Origin: Desulfobacteraceae bacterium
GTDB lineage: Bacteria > Desulfobacterota > DSM-4660 > Desulfatiglandales > HGW-15
Direction of reading: 5' to 3'
Length of the DNA: 34,799 nucleotides
Assembly (NCBI GenBank): GCA_050124735.1
Contig: JASFEQ010000002.1
Span: forward strand, 1 to 34,799
A model generated the notes under the pieces. It was not told the DNA's origin. It saw nothing but the letters and a program-made list of their open reading frames with translations, and ran no database searches. Below, one piece after another: positions 1 through 9,937 of this stretch. Each line of letters opens with the position of its first letter. Within the stretch, counting starts at the first letter, position 1. Made by a program: the position numbers and the translations under genes.

Positions 1-945
1 CGCAGTAAAAGACCCGCCACCCAATTCATCATTCATCTTGGCGGCCCGCTCCAACAGCCGAGAGTGGTTGTAAAAAATGTCTCCAGGAAAGGCCTCACGT
101 CCCGGCGGCCTCCTTAGCAGCAGGGAGACTTGCCTGTAGGCGGCAGCCTGTTTGGAAAGATCATCATAAATGATCAAGGCATGTTTTCCACTGTTTCTAT
201 AGTACTCACCGATGGAGCACCCAGAATAGGGCGCAAGGAATTGCTGTGTGGCGGGGTCACTGGCACAAGCTGACACCACGGTTGTATACTCCATGGCCCC
301 GTGGCGCTGCAACGTGTCCACCACCTGAGCCACTGTGGACTTCTTCTGTCCTACGGCTACGTAAATACAAAAAATATCCGTATCTTTCTGGTTGATGATC
401 GCATCCACGCAGAGGGCCGTTTTCCCGATCTGCCGGTCCCCAATAATCAACTCACGCTGCCCCCTGCCAATAGGCGTCATGGCATCAATCGCTTTACAAC
501 CCGTGTACATGGGTTCATTCACGGGCTGTCGAGCAATGACACCCGGAGCCACCATCTCAATTCTGCGAAATTCAGTGGCATCAATGGGGCCCTTGCCGTC
601 GAGGGGGTTGCCCACGGCGTCAATGACTCGACCCAGGACGGCCTCGCCCACGGGGATCTCTGCAATCCTGCCGGTCCGCTTGACCGTGTCGCCCTCCTTG
701 ATCTTTGAATCATCGCCCATGATGGCCACACCTACGTTGTCCTCTTCCAGATTAAGGCAGAGGCCATAGATTCCACCCGGAAACTCCAGCATCTCCATGG
801 CCATGGCCTTTTCCACGCCATAGACGCGCGCGACCCCGTCACCCACGGACAAGACCGTTCCGGTCTCGCTCACCTCCACCTTTTTTTCATAGTCCTTAAT
901 CTGGCCCCTGATAACCGCACTGATTTCTTCTGCTCTTATCTCCAT
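1..945 (-). CDS. atpA: F0F1 ATP synthase subunit alpha (5' part, runs off window start)
   Basis: Not in ORF track. Manual translation from ATG at 945: [43 protein letters not shown]; Walker A region GDRQIGKT; follows atpH. Confidence 0.97.
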   Translation of the reverse strand, partial: MEIRAEEISAVIRGQIKDYEKKVEVSETGTVLSVGDGVARVYGVEKAMAMEMLEFPGGIYGLCLNLEEDNVGVAIMGDDSKIKEGDTVKRTGRIAEIPVGEAVLGRVIDAVGNPLDGKGPIDATEFRRIEMVAPGVIARQPVNEPMYTGCKAIDAMTPIGRGQRELIIGDRQIGKTALCVDAIINQKDTDIFCIYVAVGQKKSTVAQVVDTLQRHGAMEYTTVVSACASDPATQQFLAPYSGCSIGEYYRNSGKHALIIYDDLSKQAAAYRQVSLLLRRPPGREAFPGDIFYNHSRLLERAAKMNDELGGGSFTA

Positions 946-964
946 CGGTTCTATTCACCCCTTC

Positions 965-1498
965 TTAAAAAGATTCTTTAAGCCCCTCAAGCTGGGCTTT
1001 CACACTCCCGTCCAAAACCAGATCGCCGATTTTCACCACAATACCCCCAATGAGGTCCTTGTCTTCCCTCACTTCCGGCTTGATCTTCTTTGATGTTAAT
1101 CCCTCCAGTGATCTTTCAATCCTTCCTAAGGCCTCTTCTTTCAAGGGCCTGGCCGTAATGATCTCGGCCCTGGCAATACCAGAGACCTCGTCAGTGAGCC
1201 GAGAATAATAGGCTGTGATCGCCTCTATGGCCCCTATTCTGTTCTTGTCCAAGAGGAGATTTAGAAAATTCTTTACCACGCCTGAAAAATTGCTCTTATC
1301 TAAGACGACCTGCAGGACCTTTCTCCTGTCCTCCACGGCAAAAACGGGATTGACAATAACCTGTCTAAAATCTGCGTTATCCCGAAAGAACGTCTCAAAA
1401 TCAGACAGCTCCTGTCCGTATTGTTCAAAGTTGCCATCTTCCTGCCCCAGACTGAACAGGGCCTTGGCATACCTCTTGGAAACTTTTGATCCAATCAA
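965..1498 (-). CDS. atpH: ATP synthase F1 subunit delta
   Basis: 177 aa, KRYAKALF N-terminus, LIGGIVVKIGDLVLDGSV C-terminus; lies between atpF and atpA. Confidence 0.96.
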   Translation of the reverse strand: MIGSKVSKRYAKALFSLGQEDGNFEQYGQELSDFETFFRDNADFRQVIVNPVFAVEDRRKVLQVVLDKSNFSGVVKNFLNLLLDKNRIGAIEAITAYYSRLTDEVSGIARAEIITARPLKEEALGRIERSLEGLTSKKIKPEVREDKDLIGGIVVKIGDLVLDGSVKAQLEGLKESF

Positions 1499-2169
1499 TG
1501 TATCTTCCCCACCCTTTCTATGAATTCATCGACCAACCGGTCCTGGTCCTCATCCGTCATATCTTTGGCGATGATTTCTTGGGCCTTTCCAGCGGCCAAC
1601 TCCATCACCTCTCTTCTCAACCTATCCTTCGCAGATTGCATCTCTTGCTGAATGGTCAACTCGGCCTGTTCCACAATCTGTTTCGCCCTCTCGTTCGCCT
1701 CAGCGATAATCCTTTCCTTTTCCGCCTGTCCTTCGTTCTGGAATTGTTCAATAATATCTTTTTTCTTGGCCTCAAAGTCTCTTAGCTTTTGCTCCACATC
1801 CTGATACTTGCTCTCAGCCTCTTCCTTCTCTTTTCTCAAATCCTCCAATCGCTGTCTAATCTCATCTATACGCCCTGCCAGAGAGTCCTTGAGACCGCTC
1901 TTTTTTATGGCCACAAAAAGGATGATGATTAAAAGGGCGAAATTGATGAAACGATAGAGGAGATCGCGGAGGTCCGCGCTGCGGTCCTTTCCGTGCTCAC
2001 CCCCGTGAGCACTCTCCGTGCTGCTTGCGTGAACATTCGCTTGCCCGCCCCCATGGGCGCCCTCCCCACTGGCAATGGCCATACCCGTATTTAAGAGAAA
2101 GGAAAAGGCGGCAAAAAACAAGATAACCCGTATTATTCTCTGAGGCTTTCTTTTCATCCTGACCATCAA
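1495..2169 (-). CDS. atpF: ATP synthase F0 subunit b with N-terminal extension
   Basis: RFINFALLIIILF membrane anchor followed by long charged coiled coil; start codon uncertain (2169/2166/2157). Confidence 0.92.
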   Translation of the reverse strand: MMVRMKRKPQRIIRVILFFAAFSFLLNTGMAIASGEGAHGGGQANVHASSTESAHGGEHGKDRSADLRDLLYRFINFALLIIILFVAIKKSGLKDSLAGRIDEIRQRLEDLRKEKEEAESKYQDVEQKLRDFEAKKKDIIEQFQNEGQAEKERIIAEANERAKQIVEQAELTIQQEMQSAKDRLRREVMELAAGKAQEIIAKDMTDEDQDRLVDEFIERVGKIH

Positions 2170-2594
2170 ATGCTCCTTCCCAATATCTTCTCTGCCAATT
2201 CCTGAGAGAATACCCTTACCTCCTCTTCCAGTGATCGGCGGGCCTGAGCTGTATCCTGGTCGATCTCTCCTTTGGCCTTTCCAATTTTTTCCTCCGCCGA
2301 AGAGATGGCTTGCTGCACCATCACTTTTTCTTCTTCAACTCCAGCGCTCTTGAGAGTTTCCTTTTCTTTGAAGCCTTGGCTTCTTGCACTTGCCATGTTC
2401 TCCTCAAGGGCCTTGGATTCCTTCTCAGACCTGTTCTGAAAATCCTCGATCATCTCCTGAAAAGAAATGACTTCATTGCCTCTCTGGCCGAGTATTTTAC
2501 GAATGGGTTTATAAAGGATGATGTTTAAAATGAAGAGAAGGATGAGAAAATTGGCAATCTGGAAAAGAAACGTAATATTAGGGTATATATCCAT
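2166..2594 (-). CDS. ATP synthase F0 subunit b'
   Basis: TFLFQIANFLILLFILNIILYKPI anchor plus coiled coil; second b-type gene at head of operon. Confidence 0.9.
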   Translation of the reverse strand: MDIYPNITFLFQIANFLILLFILNIILYKPIRKILGQRGNEVISFQEMIEDFQNRSEKESKALEENMASARSQGFKEKETLKSAGVEEEKVMVQQAISSAEEKIGKAKGEIDQDTAQARRSLEEEVRVFSQELAEKILGRSI

Positions 2595-2701
2595 GGCTGG
2601 CTAAGACCTCTTTTTTATAAGGAATTTTCTGTTTGGGGGTTCTAAATTATTGAAGTGGGGACAAAACCCTAAAATGACCTCTTGCGCGAAGGACAAGGCC
2701 T

Positions 2702-2728
2702 TTTATAAAAAAAAAATCCTATTGTCAA
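2702..2728 (-). promoter_or_regulatory. Candidate sigma70 promoter of atp operon
   Basis: Minus strand TTGACA (2728-2723), 15-nt spacer containing a T run, then TATAAA; spacing is suboptimal. Confidence 0.45.
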
Positions 2729-2754
2729 AGCTTTTCTATAAGAAGACCACCCAA

Positions 2755-3141
2755 CTATTCCGTTCCCACGCCCTCTCGGATAACGGCCACCTTTTTCTCA
2801 TCAGTCTCTTTTGCGGGCTGCATCCTGCAATTTCCTTCAAAAACGACCCCTTCATCAATGATCACTGTAGGGGCCTGGATGTTTCCAAAGACCTTTCCAG
2901 GGGCATGAATCTCAATCCGATCAGAAGCCACGATATTGCCTCGAATCTCTCCACTCACAATGATATGCGAGACATGAATATCAGAGGCAATAACGGCCGA
3001 CTCCCCCACAATCAGGGTCCCCTCTGTGAAAATCTCCCCTTTAAGGCGACCATCTATTCGGACGGCGCCATTGAAGGAGAGCTTTCCCTCAAATTCCGTG
3101 TCTTTGCCCAAAAACGCGTTAATTTGATCCTTTCTTTTCAT
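2755..3141 (-). CDS. Bactofilin (polymer-forming cytoskeletal protein)
   Basis: FLGKDTEFEGKLSF..VRIDGRLKGEI..G.V.GNI..IDEGVVFEGNCRM beta-helix pattern; start moved to ATG 3141 behind GGAGG. Confidence 0.92.
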   Translation of the reverse strand: MKRKDQINAFLGKDTEFEGKLSFNGAVRIDGRLKGEIFTEGTLIVGESAVIASDIHVSHIIVSGEIRGNIVASDRIEIHAPGKVFGNIQAPTVIIDEGVVFEGNCRMQPAKETDEKKVAVIREGVGTE

Positions 3142-3232
3142 AAAAAACCCTCCTTCTTGAAGCGCTACACCACATAACACACAGCATTTTCCATTTCAAG
3201 AAAAATTTCACAAAGGCCTCAATCGAAGCGCC

Positions 3233-4339
3233 CTACTGAAACATAAAGCGTCTCATGCTTATGTTCATAAGTATCCCCATGCCAGCCATGGTTGAAATGA
3301 GTGATGATCCCCCATAGCTGAACAGAACGAGGGGGATGCCTACCACGGGCAGCAGTCCCGTGGCCATGCACACATTGATGACCAGCTGCCAAAAGACGAT
3401 GGCCACAATACCTACGGCCACGATGGAACCAAACCGATCCTTCGAATTTGTGGCGATGGCAATTCCCCACAGGATGAGCAATAGATAGAGCAATAGCAAA
3501 AATACAGCCCCCACAAATCCCCATTCTTCAGCGAGTACGGAAAAGGCAAAATCAGTGTGCTGTTCTGGCAAAAAGTGCAATCTGGTCTGCGTTCCCTTTA
3601 AGAAGCCCTTGCCCCAAAAAAGACCTGACCCGATGGCTATTTTCGATTGGTTGATATGATACCCTGCCCCCAGCGGGTCCATATCAGGCCTAAGGAAGGT
3701 CAAAATGCGTTTCTGCTGGTATGCCTTCAGGGAGAACCATATGAAAGGGGCCGCTGCAAGTGATGGCAGAGAGAGGATGAGGAGGGACCTCCAGTTCACC
3801 TTGGTAAATAGAATGATGCTAAAGGAGACTACCACGAGGACCAAAGCGGTACCTAGGTCTGGTTCCTTGACAATCAGACCACAAGGAAGGGCGATAAGCA
3901 GCAAGGGTTGCCACAGATCTCTTAATCGGGACTCCGTGTAGACGCCACGTTCACTGAAGTACTTGGCCAGTGTGATTACGAGGACGATCTTGGCCATTTC
4001 TGACACCTGGAAAGAGATGCCCCCTAAACTCAACCACCTCTGGGAACCGGAGGTGATCCTGCCCACCAAAAGCACCAGAACAAGCAGGGTCAGCGAAACC
4101 ACATAGGCGGGATAGGCAAGCCTCTCCAAGAGGTGATAATCAAAAGTGGTCATCATGAGCAGGACCGCAAAACCGATGAGGAACCAGTAGATCTGTCTTA
4201 CAAAGATCTGAGCCCCACCCGCATCTCTTATGGCATAGGTGGCACTATATAGGTTCACCACGCTGATGGTTGCTATCAGAATGAGCAGTACAAGCAAAAT
4301 CCAGTCAAAATGCTGGAGCAGACGCCTATCAAATAACAT
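3233..4339 (-). CDS. rodA: Rod shape-determining SEDS protein RodA
   Basis: GSQRWL, EPDLGTA, FLPEQHTDFAF, SYGGSSL motifs; follows PBP2. Confidence 0.96.
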   Translation of the reverse strand: MLFDRRLLQHFDWILLVLLILIATISVVNLYSATYAIRDAGGAQIFVRQIYWFLIGFAVLLMMTTFDYHLLERLAYPAYVVSLTLLVLVLLVGRITSGSQRWLSLGGISFQVSEMAKIVLVITLAKYFSERGVYTESRLRDLWQPLLLIALPCGLIVKEPDLGTALVLVVVSFSIILFTKVNWRSLLILSLPSLAAAPFIWFSLKAYQQKRILTFLRPDMDPLGAGYHINQSKIAIGSGLFWGKGFLKGTQTRLHFLPEQHTDFAFSVLAEEWGFVGAVFLLLLYLLLILWGIAIATNSKDRFGSIVAVGIVAIVFWQLVINVCMATGLLPVVGIPLVLFSYGGSSLISTMAGMGILMNISMRRFMFQ

Positions 4340-4359
4340 CGAAATCCTCTTCCGGATTT

Positions 4360-4452
4360 GTCATTGGTCAATGGTCATTTGTCATTTGTAGAGATCTGAA
4401 AAACCGAGATGCGGTGGCGAAAACGAATGACGAATGACAAGTGACGAATGAC
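4360..4452. repeat. Inverted 7-mer tandem arrays (GTCATTK x4 / GAATGAC x4)
   Basis: gtcattg gtcaatg gtcattt gtcattt (4360-4387) and gaatgac gaatgac aagtgac gaatgac (4425-4452). Confidence 0.9.
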
Positions 4453-6275
4453 TATTGTTTCTTAAAATAGGTCTTGAACATCTCTTTGGCAATTGGCGCA
4501 GCACCGCTTCCTCCATGGCCACCGTGCTCCATCAGTATGGCCAATGCCAAGGTGGGATCCTCCACAGGAGCGATGGCTACAAACCAGGCATGATCCCTAA
4601 ATTCAACAGGGATTTCGGACTCTTTCTCAAATTCCTCTGCTTTTTCCAAGGTAATGACCTGCGCCGTTCCGGTTTTCCCTGCAACGGTCAACCCCTTGAC
4701 TCTAGACCTGCCTCCTGTGCCACGGGGCTCATTAACCACCCCCACGAGGGCGTCCTTGACCCGCTCCATGTTTTCCCTCTTGGCATCTATCCGATCCAGC
4801 AGCGTAGGGGTAAATTGGTAAATTTTGTCGTCATCCTTTCCTACCCATTTAATGACCTTTGGCTGGTAAAGATGGCCGCCATTGAAAAGCCCAGAAATCA
4901 TTCTCACCATTTGCATGGGCGTTACAAGGACAAAGCTCTGCCCGATGGCCATGGACACCGTCTCCCCTGTCTGCCAGGGCACGCCCCATCTTTTAAGCTT
5001 CCAGCGACGGGTAGGAATGAGTCCTGCTTTTTCCGAACCCAGCTCAAACTTCGACCTTTTCCCCAACCCTAACATCCTTGCATAATGGGCGATCGTGTCT
5101 ACACCAAGCTGTTTTCCCAACTTGTAAAAATATACGTCACAAGACTCCACCAGTGCCCTATGAAAGGCGACGTTGCCATGCCCGTACTTCTTCCAGCAAC
5201 GATAGGTATGGTTCCCCACCCGGAATTGTCCAGGGCAGAAGATTTCTTCCTCGGGGTCAACGATCCCTTCCTCCAACCCCGCCAGGGCCACCGCGATTTT
5301 AAACACCGATCCAGGGGGATACTGCCCGGAAATGGGCCGATTCTGAAGAGGACTGTCTTTGCTCTTCATAATCCTGGACCACTCTGTCCTATCCATACCG
5401 ACGACAAACCAATTGGGATCGTAAGCGGGGCTGCTGGCCAGCGCGAGGATCTCGCCATTTGTGGGATTCATGGCCACAATCGCCCCTTTCTTGCCATTGA
5501 GCGCCTTTTCAGCCGTCATCTGCAGATTCTTATCGATCGTAAGCCACACATTCAGGCCAGGAAGGGGTCGCTTGCGGGAGACCACTCTCAGTTTTCGTCC
5601 AGCCGCATCCACCTCCACTTGCGCTCCTCCCCTGAATCCATGCAAAGACTTCTGCCATTCCCCTTCCACGCCGGACTTCCCGATGAGGTCTCCCGGCCTG
5701 TTGTCTTGATATTTCTCTTTGCCGAGCTGACGCTCGCTTATTTCCCCCAAATAGCCGATAAGATGAGAGGCAAAGCTGCCAAAAATATAATTTCTCTGGG
5801 GTTTGACCTGGATCATCATGCCCGGCAGGTTAAAAAGATTGGTTTCAACAATCGCCAATTCATCACGAGAAACGTTTTTCTTGATGAGAACGGGTTTGAA
5901 AGGATACTTGTGAGACTCCTTGCCCAATTTATCCTGTATCGATTGTGGCTCAAGACCAATCAGCAACCTCAAGCTCCTGAAAAGTTGCTTCTGATCTTGA
6001 ATCTGTTCAGGGATTATGTAGAGATTATAGGAGGGTCGGTTATCTACCAGCAATTCTCCCCGGCGGTCGAAAATCATTCCCCTAAAAGGTGGGATATCCT
6101 GGAGCTGAATCCGGTTATTCTCCGATTGAACTCTATAGCTAGGCCCATTAAGTATCTGTAAAAACCAGAGCCTTAGCACCAAGACGGCAAAGACGGCAAG
6201 AACGCACAGAGTGAGTAATCCTAGCCGCCTATTGAAAACCTCTACTGAAACTGGGTCAAATCCTGAACTTCTCAT
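4452..6275 (-). CDS. mrdA: Penicillin-binding protein 2
   Basis: SxxK (PGSVFK), SCD, KTGTAQ transpeptidase motifs; N-terminal anchor; mre cluster context. Confidence 0.96.
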   Translation of the reverse strand: MRSSGFDPVSVEVFNRRLGLLTLCVLAVFAVLVLRLWFLQILNGPSYRVQSENNRIQLQDIPPFRGMIFDRRGELLVDNRPSYNLYIIPEQIQDQKQLFRSLRLLIGLEPQSIQDKLGKESHKYPFKPVLIKKNVSRDELAIVETNLFNLPGMMIQVKPQRNYIFGSFASHLIGYLGEISERQLGKEKYQDNRPGDLIGKSGVEGEWQKSLHGFRGGAQVEVDAAGRKLRVVSRKRPLPGLNVWLTIDKNLQMTAEKALNGKKGAIVAMNPTNGEILALASSPAYDPNWFVVGMDRTEWSRIMKSKDSPLQNRPISGQYPPGSVFKIAVALAGLEEGIVDPEEEIFCPGQFRVGNHTYRCWKKYGHGNVAFHRALVESCDVYFYKLGKQLGVDTIAHYARMLGLGKRSKFELGSEKAGLIPTRRWKLKRWGVPWQTGETVSMAIGQSFVLVTPMQMVRMISGLFNGGHLYQPKVIKWVGKDDDKIYQFTPTLLDRIDAKRENMERVKDALVGVVNEPRGTGGRSRVKGLTVAGKTGTAQVITLEKAEEFEKESEIPVEFRDHAWFVAIAPVEDPTLALAILMEHGGHGGSGAAPIAKEMFKTYFKKQ

Positions 6276-6295
6276 CTCAAGAATCCTTAACAGAT

Positions 6296-6401
6296 TGGAG
6301 TGATGGAGTAATGGAGTGATGGAGTATTGGATAAGAAAAGCTTAACCAGCCAATTTTTCATTTCAACCATTACTCCAGCACTCCAGCACTCCATTACTCC
6401 A
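6296..6401. repeat. Inverted 8-mer tandem arrays (TGGAGTRA x4 / complementary ACTCCA arrays)
   Basis: tggagtga tggagtaa tggagtga tggagtat (6296-6327) and ccattact ccagcact ccagcact ccattact cca (6367-6401). Confidence 0.92.
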
Positions 6402-6414
6402 TGGGAATATAAGA

Positions 6415-6933
6415 TTATATCTGATCCCCCGAGGCCTCCCGTATGTCCCTTATCAGAAAATACTTCAAATGATTTAAGAGGTAAAAAATCAACGGCCCTA
6501 ATAGGCCCGAACATGCAGCTGATGCGGCGAAACTCCAGAGAACTAAATACGAAACATGAATCTCCAGAGTAAAAATATTCAAGAAAGTGAACAACAAAAT
6601 CCCTTTTACCAGAACTGCCAGCGATATGATAATGATCTGACCCCCTGCTGAGCGGAGGTCTAAGAAGCGAGATCCAAGATTCATACCCAGGAAAACGGTC
6701 AAATAAAGAAGCGTGAAGAGTCCTAGCAGACCCCCAGAGAAAACGTCAACCAGAAGTCCTTGACTGAGAGCAAAGATTCCTGCCCCTGTCGCACCATTAA
6801 AGACCAGAAAATAGGCCGTGATTATGATCACAAGATCCACATCAAAGAGACTGAGCTGGACATGGTTGAGCAGATTCCCTTTGATGAGGAGAAAAAAAAG
6901 GGATGCAAACCAGAGTAGGAGATAAAAGACTAT
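6415..6933 (-). CDS. mreD: Rod shape-determining protein MreD (start uncertain; ORF track begins at GTG 6840)
   Basis: Hydrophobic protein with DLVIII..Y and GLLVDVFSGG motifs between mreC and mrdA; frame stays open upstream of 6840 and encodes a further TM helix. Confidence 0.82.
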   Translation of the reverse strand: MVFYLLLWFASLFFLLIKGNLLNHVQLSLFDVDLVIIITAYFLVFNGATGAGIFALSQGLLVDVFSGGLLGLFTLLYLTVFLGMNLGSRFLDLRSAGGQIIIISLAVLVKGILLFTFLNIFTLEIHVSYLVLWSFAASAACSGLLGPLIFYLLNHLKYFLIRDIREASGDQI

Positions 6934-7775
6934 CCTTCTTCTTCCTGTTGGCTGACTAATGGGTCCTCCTTCAAAATAACGAGCAGTTCTTCTAATTTAG
7001 GGAAATCCACCATAGGCCCCACTTTGATATCTTTAAACAACTCGCCAGGGATGTTAACCACCTCCAGCACTTCTCCCACAGGAAGCCCTTTGGGGTAGAC
7101 ACGTCCTAGTCCTGAGGTCACCACCTTATCACCCACCACCACATCGCTTGTCTTAAGCATGTAATCGAGTACACAGAGCTTTGCAGATAATCCTTTTACA
7201 ATCCCCTCATCCCTGGAGCGCTGGATAATGCAGTCCACGGCACTATTTTGATCTATGATCAAAAGGACTTTGGAATAGCTGGGAGACACTGAAACCAAGC
7301 GGCCCACCACGCCGTCTGCATTTACCACGGGCATATTAACTTTCAGCCCGGAATTCTTCCCTTTGTCAATGATAACCGATTTGAACCATCCGGTCGGATC
7401 CCGGCCGATGACCTGGGCCGCTACGACGGGCCAGTTTGTTGTTTTCTTGAACTGAAGGAGTTTTTGAAGACGTTCTTGGGTGGCCAGAGTCTCCTGATAA
7501 CGGGAGTTTTCCATTCGGAGGGCTTCTATTTCCCCCATTAGCCGAGCGTTTTCATCCCGCACATTGAGGAGATAAAAATACTTCAGCCAGATGCCTTCTA
7601 TAATACTAATGGTTCCTGTGATGAGTTTTTGAAAAGGGGCGGTGACTTCAATAATGATCTGTTCAGCCGGATTCCATGATCCCTTCCCACCCAAATTTGA
7701 GGAAAGCAGCAGGAGAGTTAAGAAGATGAAAATGACCCATATCCAGACTGTTCTGAACCTCTTAAATTTAAGCAA
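6930..7775 (-). CDS. mreC: Rod shape-determining protein MreC
   Basis: TM, coiled coil, AQVIGRD..IIDKGKNSG..GVVGRL, VVTSGLGRVYPKGLPVGEV. Confidence 0.96.
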   Translation of the reverse strand: MLKFKRFRTVWIWVIFIFLTLLLLSSNLGGKGSWNPAEQIIIEVTAPFQKLITGTISIIEGIWLKYFYLLNVRDENARLMGEIEALRMENSRYQETLATQERLQKLLQFKKTTNWPVVAAQVIGRDPTGWFKSVIIDKGKNSGLKVNMPVVNADGVVGRLVSVSPSYSKVLLIIDQNSAVDCIIQRSRDEGIVKGLSAKLCVLDYMLKTSDVVVGDKVVTSGLGRVYPKGLPVGEVLEVVNIPGELFKDIKVGPMVDFPKLEELLVILKEDPLVSQQEEEG

Positions 7776-7804
7776 TTATTCTTATTAGCTCCGACCTTAT
7801 AGCA

Positions 7805-8851
<1,047 letters not shown>

Positions 8852-8938
8852 TCAAAAACATTGTGGATTTTCATTCACTTAGACAAACTAAGTCGTGGAA
8901 ATTATAGGATTCGAAATGAGCAAACGGAATTTATGCGC

Positions 8939-8967
8939 TTGACAAATATGTAACCATATATTTTACT
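8939..8967 (+). promoter_or_regulatory. Candidate sigma70 promoter for rpmH operon
   Basis: TTGACA at 8939-8944 in AT-rich divergent gap; -10 only weak (TTTACT at 17 nt). Confidence 0.4.
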
Positions 8968-9014
8968 TATAAAGTTTATAGGAAATCAATGCAAAAAGTG
9001 ATGTTAGTGGAATC

Positions 9015-9149
9015 ATGAAAAGGACATATCAGCCCAGCAATATAAAAAGGGCCCGCACCCATGGCTTCAGGGCCAGAATGCGCACCAAGGGAGGTGCCAG
9101 GGTTTTGAAGCGAAGAAGAGCTAAAGGCAGAAAACGGCTATCCGTCTAG
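9015..9149 (+). CDS. rpmH: 50S ribosomal protein L34
   Basis: Not in ORF track. Manual translation [44 protein letters not shown]. Confidence 0.98.
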   Translation: MKRTYQPSNIKRARTHGFRARMRTKGGARVLKRRRAKGRKRLSV

Positions 9150-9182
9150 GCCAAGAGCGTTTGATAAGAATGTATGACTTGA

Positions 9183-9533
9183 ATGGCCCCTTTCACGTTT
9201 TCAAAAGACGAAAGGCTATTGAATCGAAGGGATTTTGTCAATCTAAATCAGGTAGGCAAAAGGTATCAAGCGGCCCATTTTACAGTCATCCTTAAGCGTA
9301 ACGGGTTGGGCATTACGAGACTTGGGGTAACTGCAAGCAAGAAGATAGGGAACGCGGTAAAGAGAAACAAGGTAAAGCGGCTCATTAGGGAATTCTTTCG
9401 ATTGCACAAGACCCACTTTCCCCAAAGTTGTGACATTGTCATAGCAGCAAAGAAGGGTGCCTATGGCCTAAATATTTGGCAGATCAAAGAGGAACTCGGT
9501 GAGATTATTTTGGATAAAAAGCTCCATGCTTAA
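9183..9533 (+). CDS. rnpA: Ribonuclease P protein component
   Basis: [25 protein letters not shown] (RNR-type motif); follows rpmH. Confidence 0.96.
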   Translation: MAPFTFSKDERLLNRRDFVNLNQVGKRYQAAHFTVILKRNGLGITRLGVTASKKIGNAVKRNKVKRLIREFFRLHKTHFPQSCDIVIAAKKGAYGLNIWQIKEELGEIILDKKLHA

Positions 9534-9744
9534 GCTCAGATATTTACCCATTAGCCTAATTGACATATACCGAAAAGTAATTTCTCCCTTTACATTTCCT
9601 TCCTGCCGTTTTTATCCCTCGTGCTCAACGTATGCCCGCCGTGCCATTGAAAAATATGGAATATGGAAGGGTGGCGCCAAGTCGCTGATAAGGCTCTGCA
9701 AGTGCCACCCCTTTCATCCCGGAGGCTACGACCCTGTTGAATAA
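9526..9744 (+). CDS. yidD: Membrane protein insertion efficiency factor
   Basis: [23 protein letters not shown]; start moved to ATG 9526, overlapping the rnpA end. Confidence 0.95.
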   Translation: MLKLRYLPISLIDIYRKVISPFTFPSCRFYPSCSTYARRAIEKYGIWKGGAKSLIRLCKCHPFHPGGYDPVE

Positions 9745-9937
9745 TTCAACGTCTCGTAATTCCTGTACGCCAACGAAACGTCGGGCCTGCTAATAACGTC
9801 CGATTCATGCCGCCCGCATGCCTGACCGCCATCTGGCAGACGGAGCGACGCGAACTAAATTGTTTTAGGAATCTCTGCTCCTGCCATCTTGAGGAGCAAG
9901 AGATCCTTAGACGCCCATCTCTCATACGGGTTTTTGA

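Noticed and set aside
301-769. Plus-strand ORFs 301-708 and 392-769
   Set aside because: Antisense shadows of atpA.
4455-6161. Long plus-strand ORFs (205 and 358 aa)
   Set aside because: Antisense to mrdA, no motifs; same applies to shadows over mreB, yidC, larB, trpS and aor.
6287-6572. Small ORFs across the mreD-mrdA gap
   Set aside because: Translations of the 8-mer repeat and of mreD overlap.
8860-8900. oriC / DnaA boxes upstream of rpmH
   Set aside because: Only one 7/9 match (TGTGGATTT), no cluster and no dnaA.
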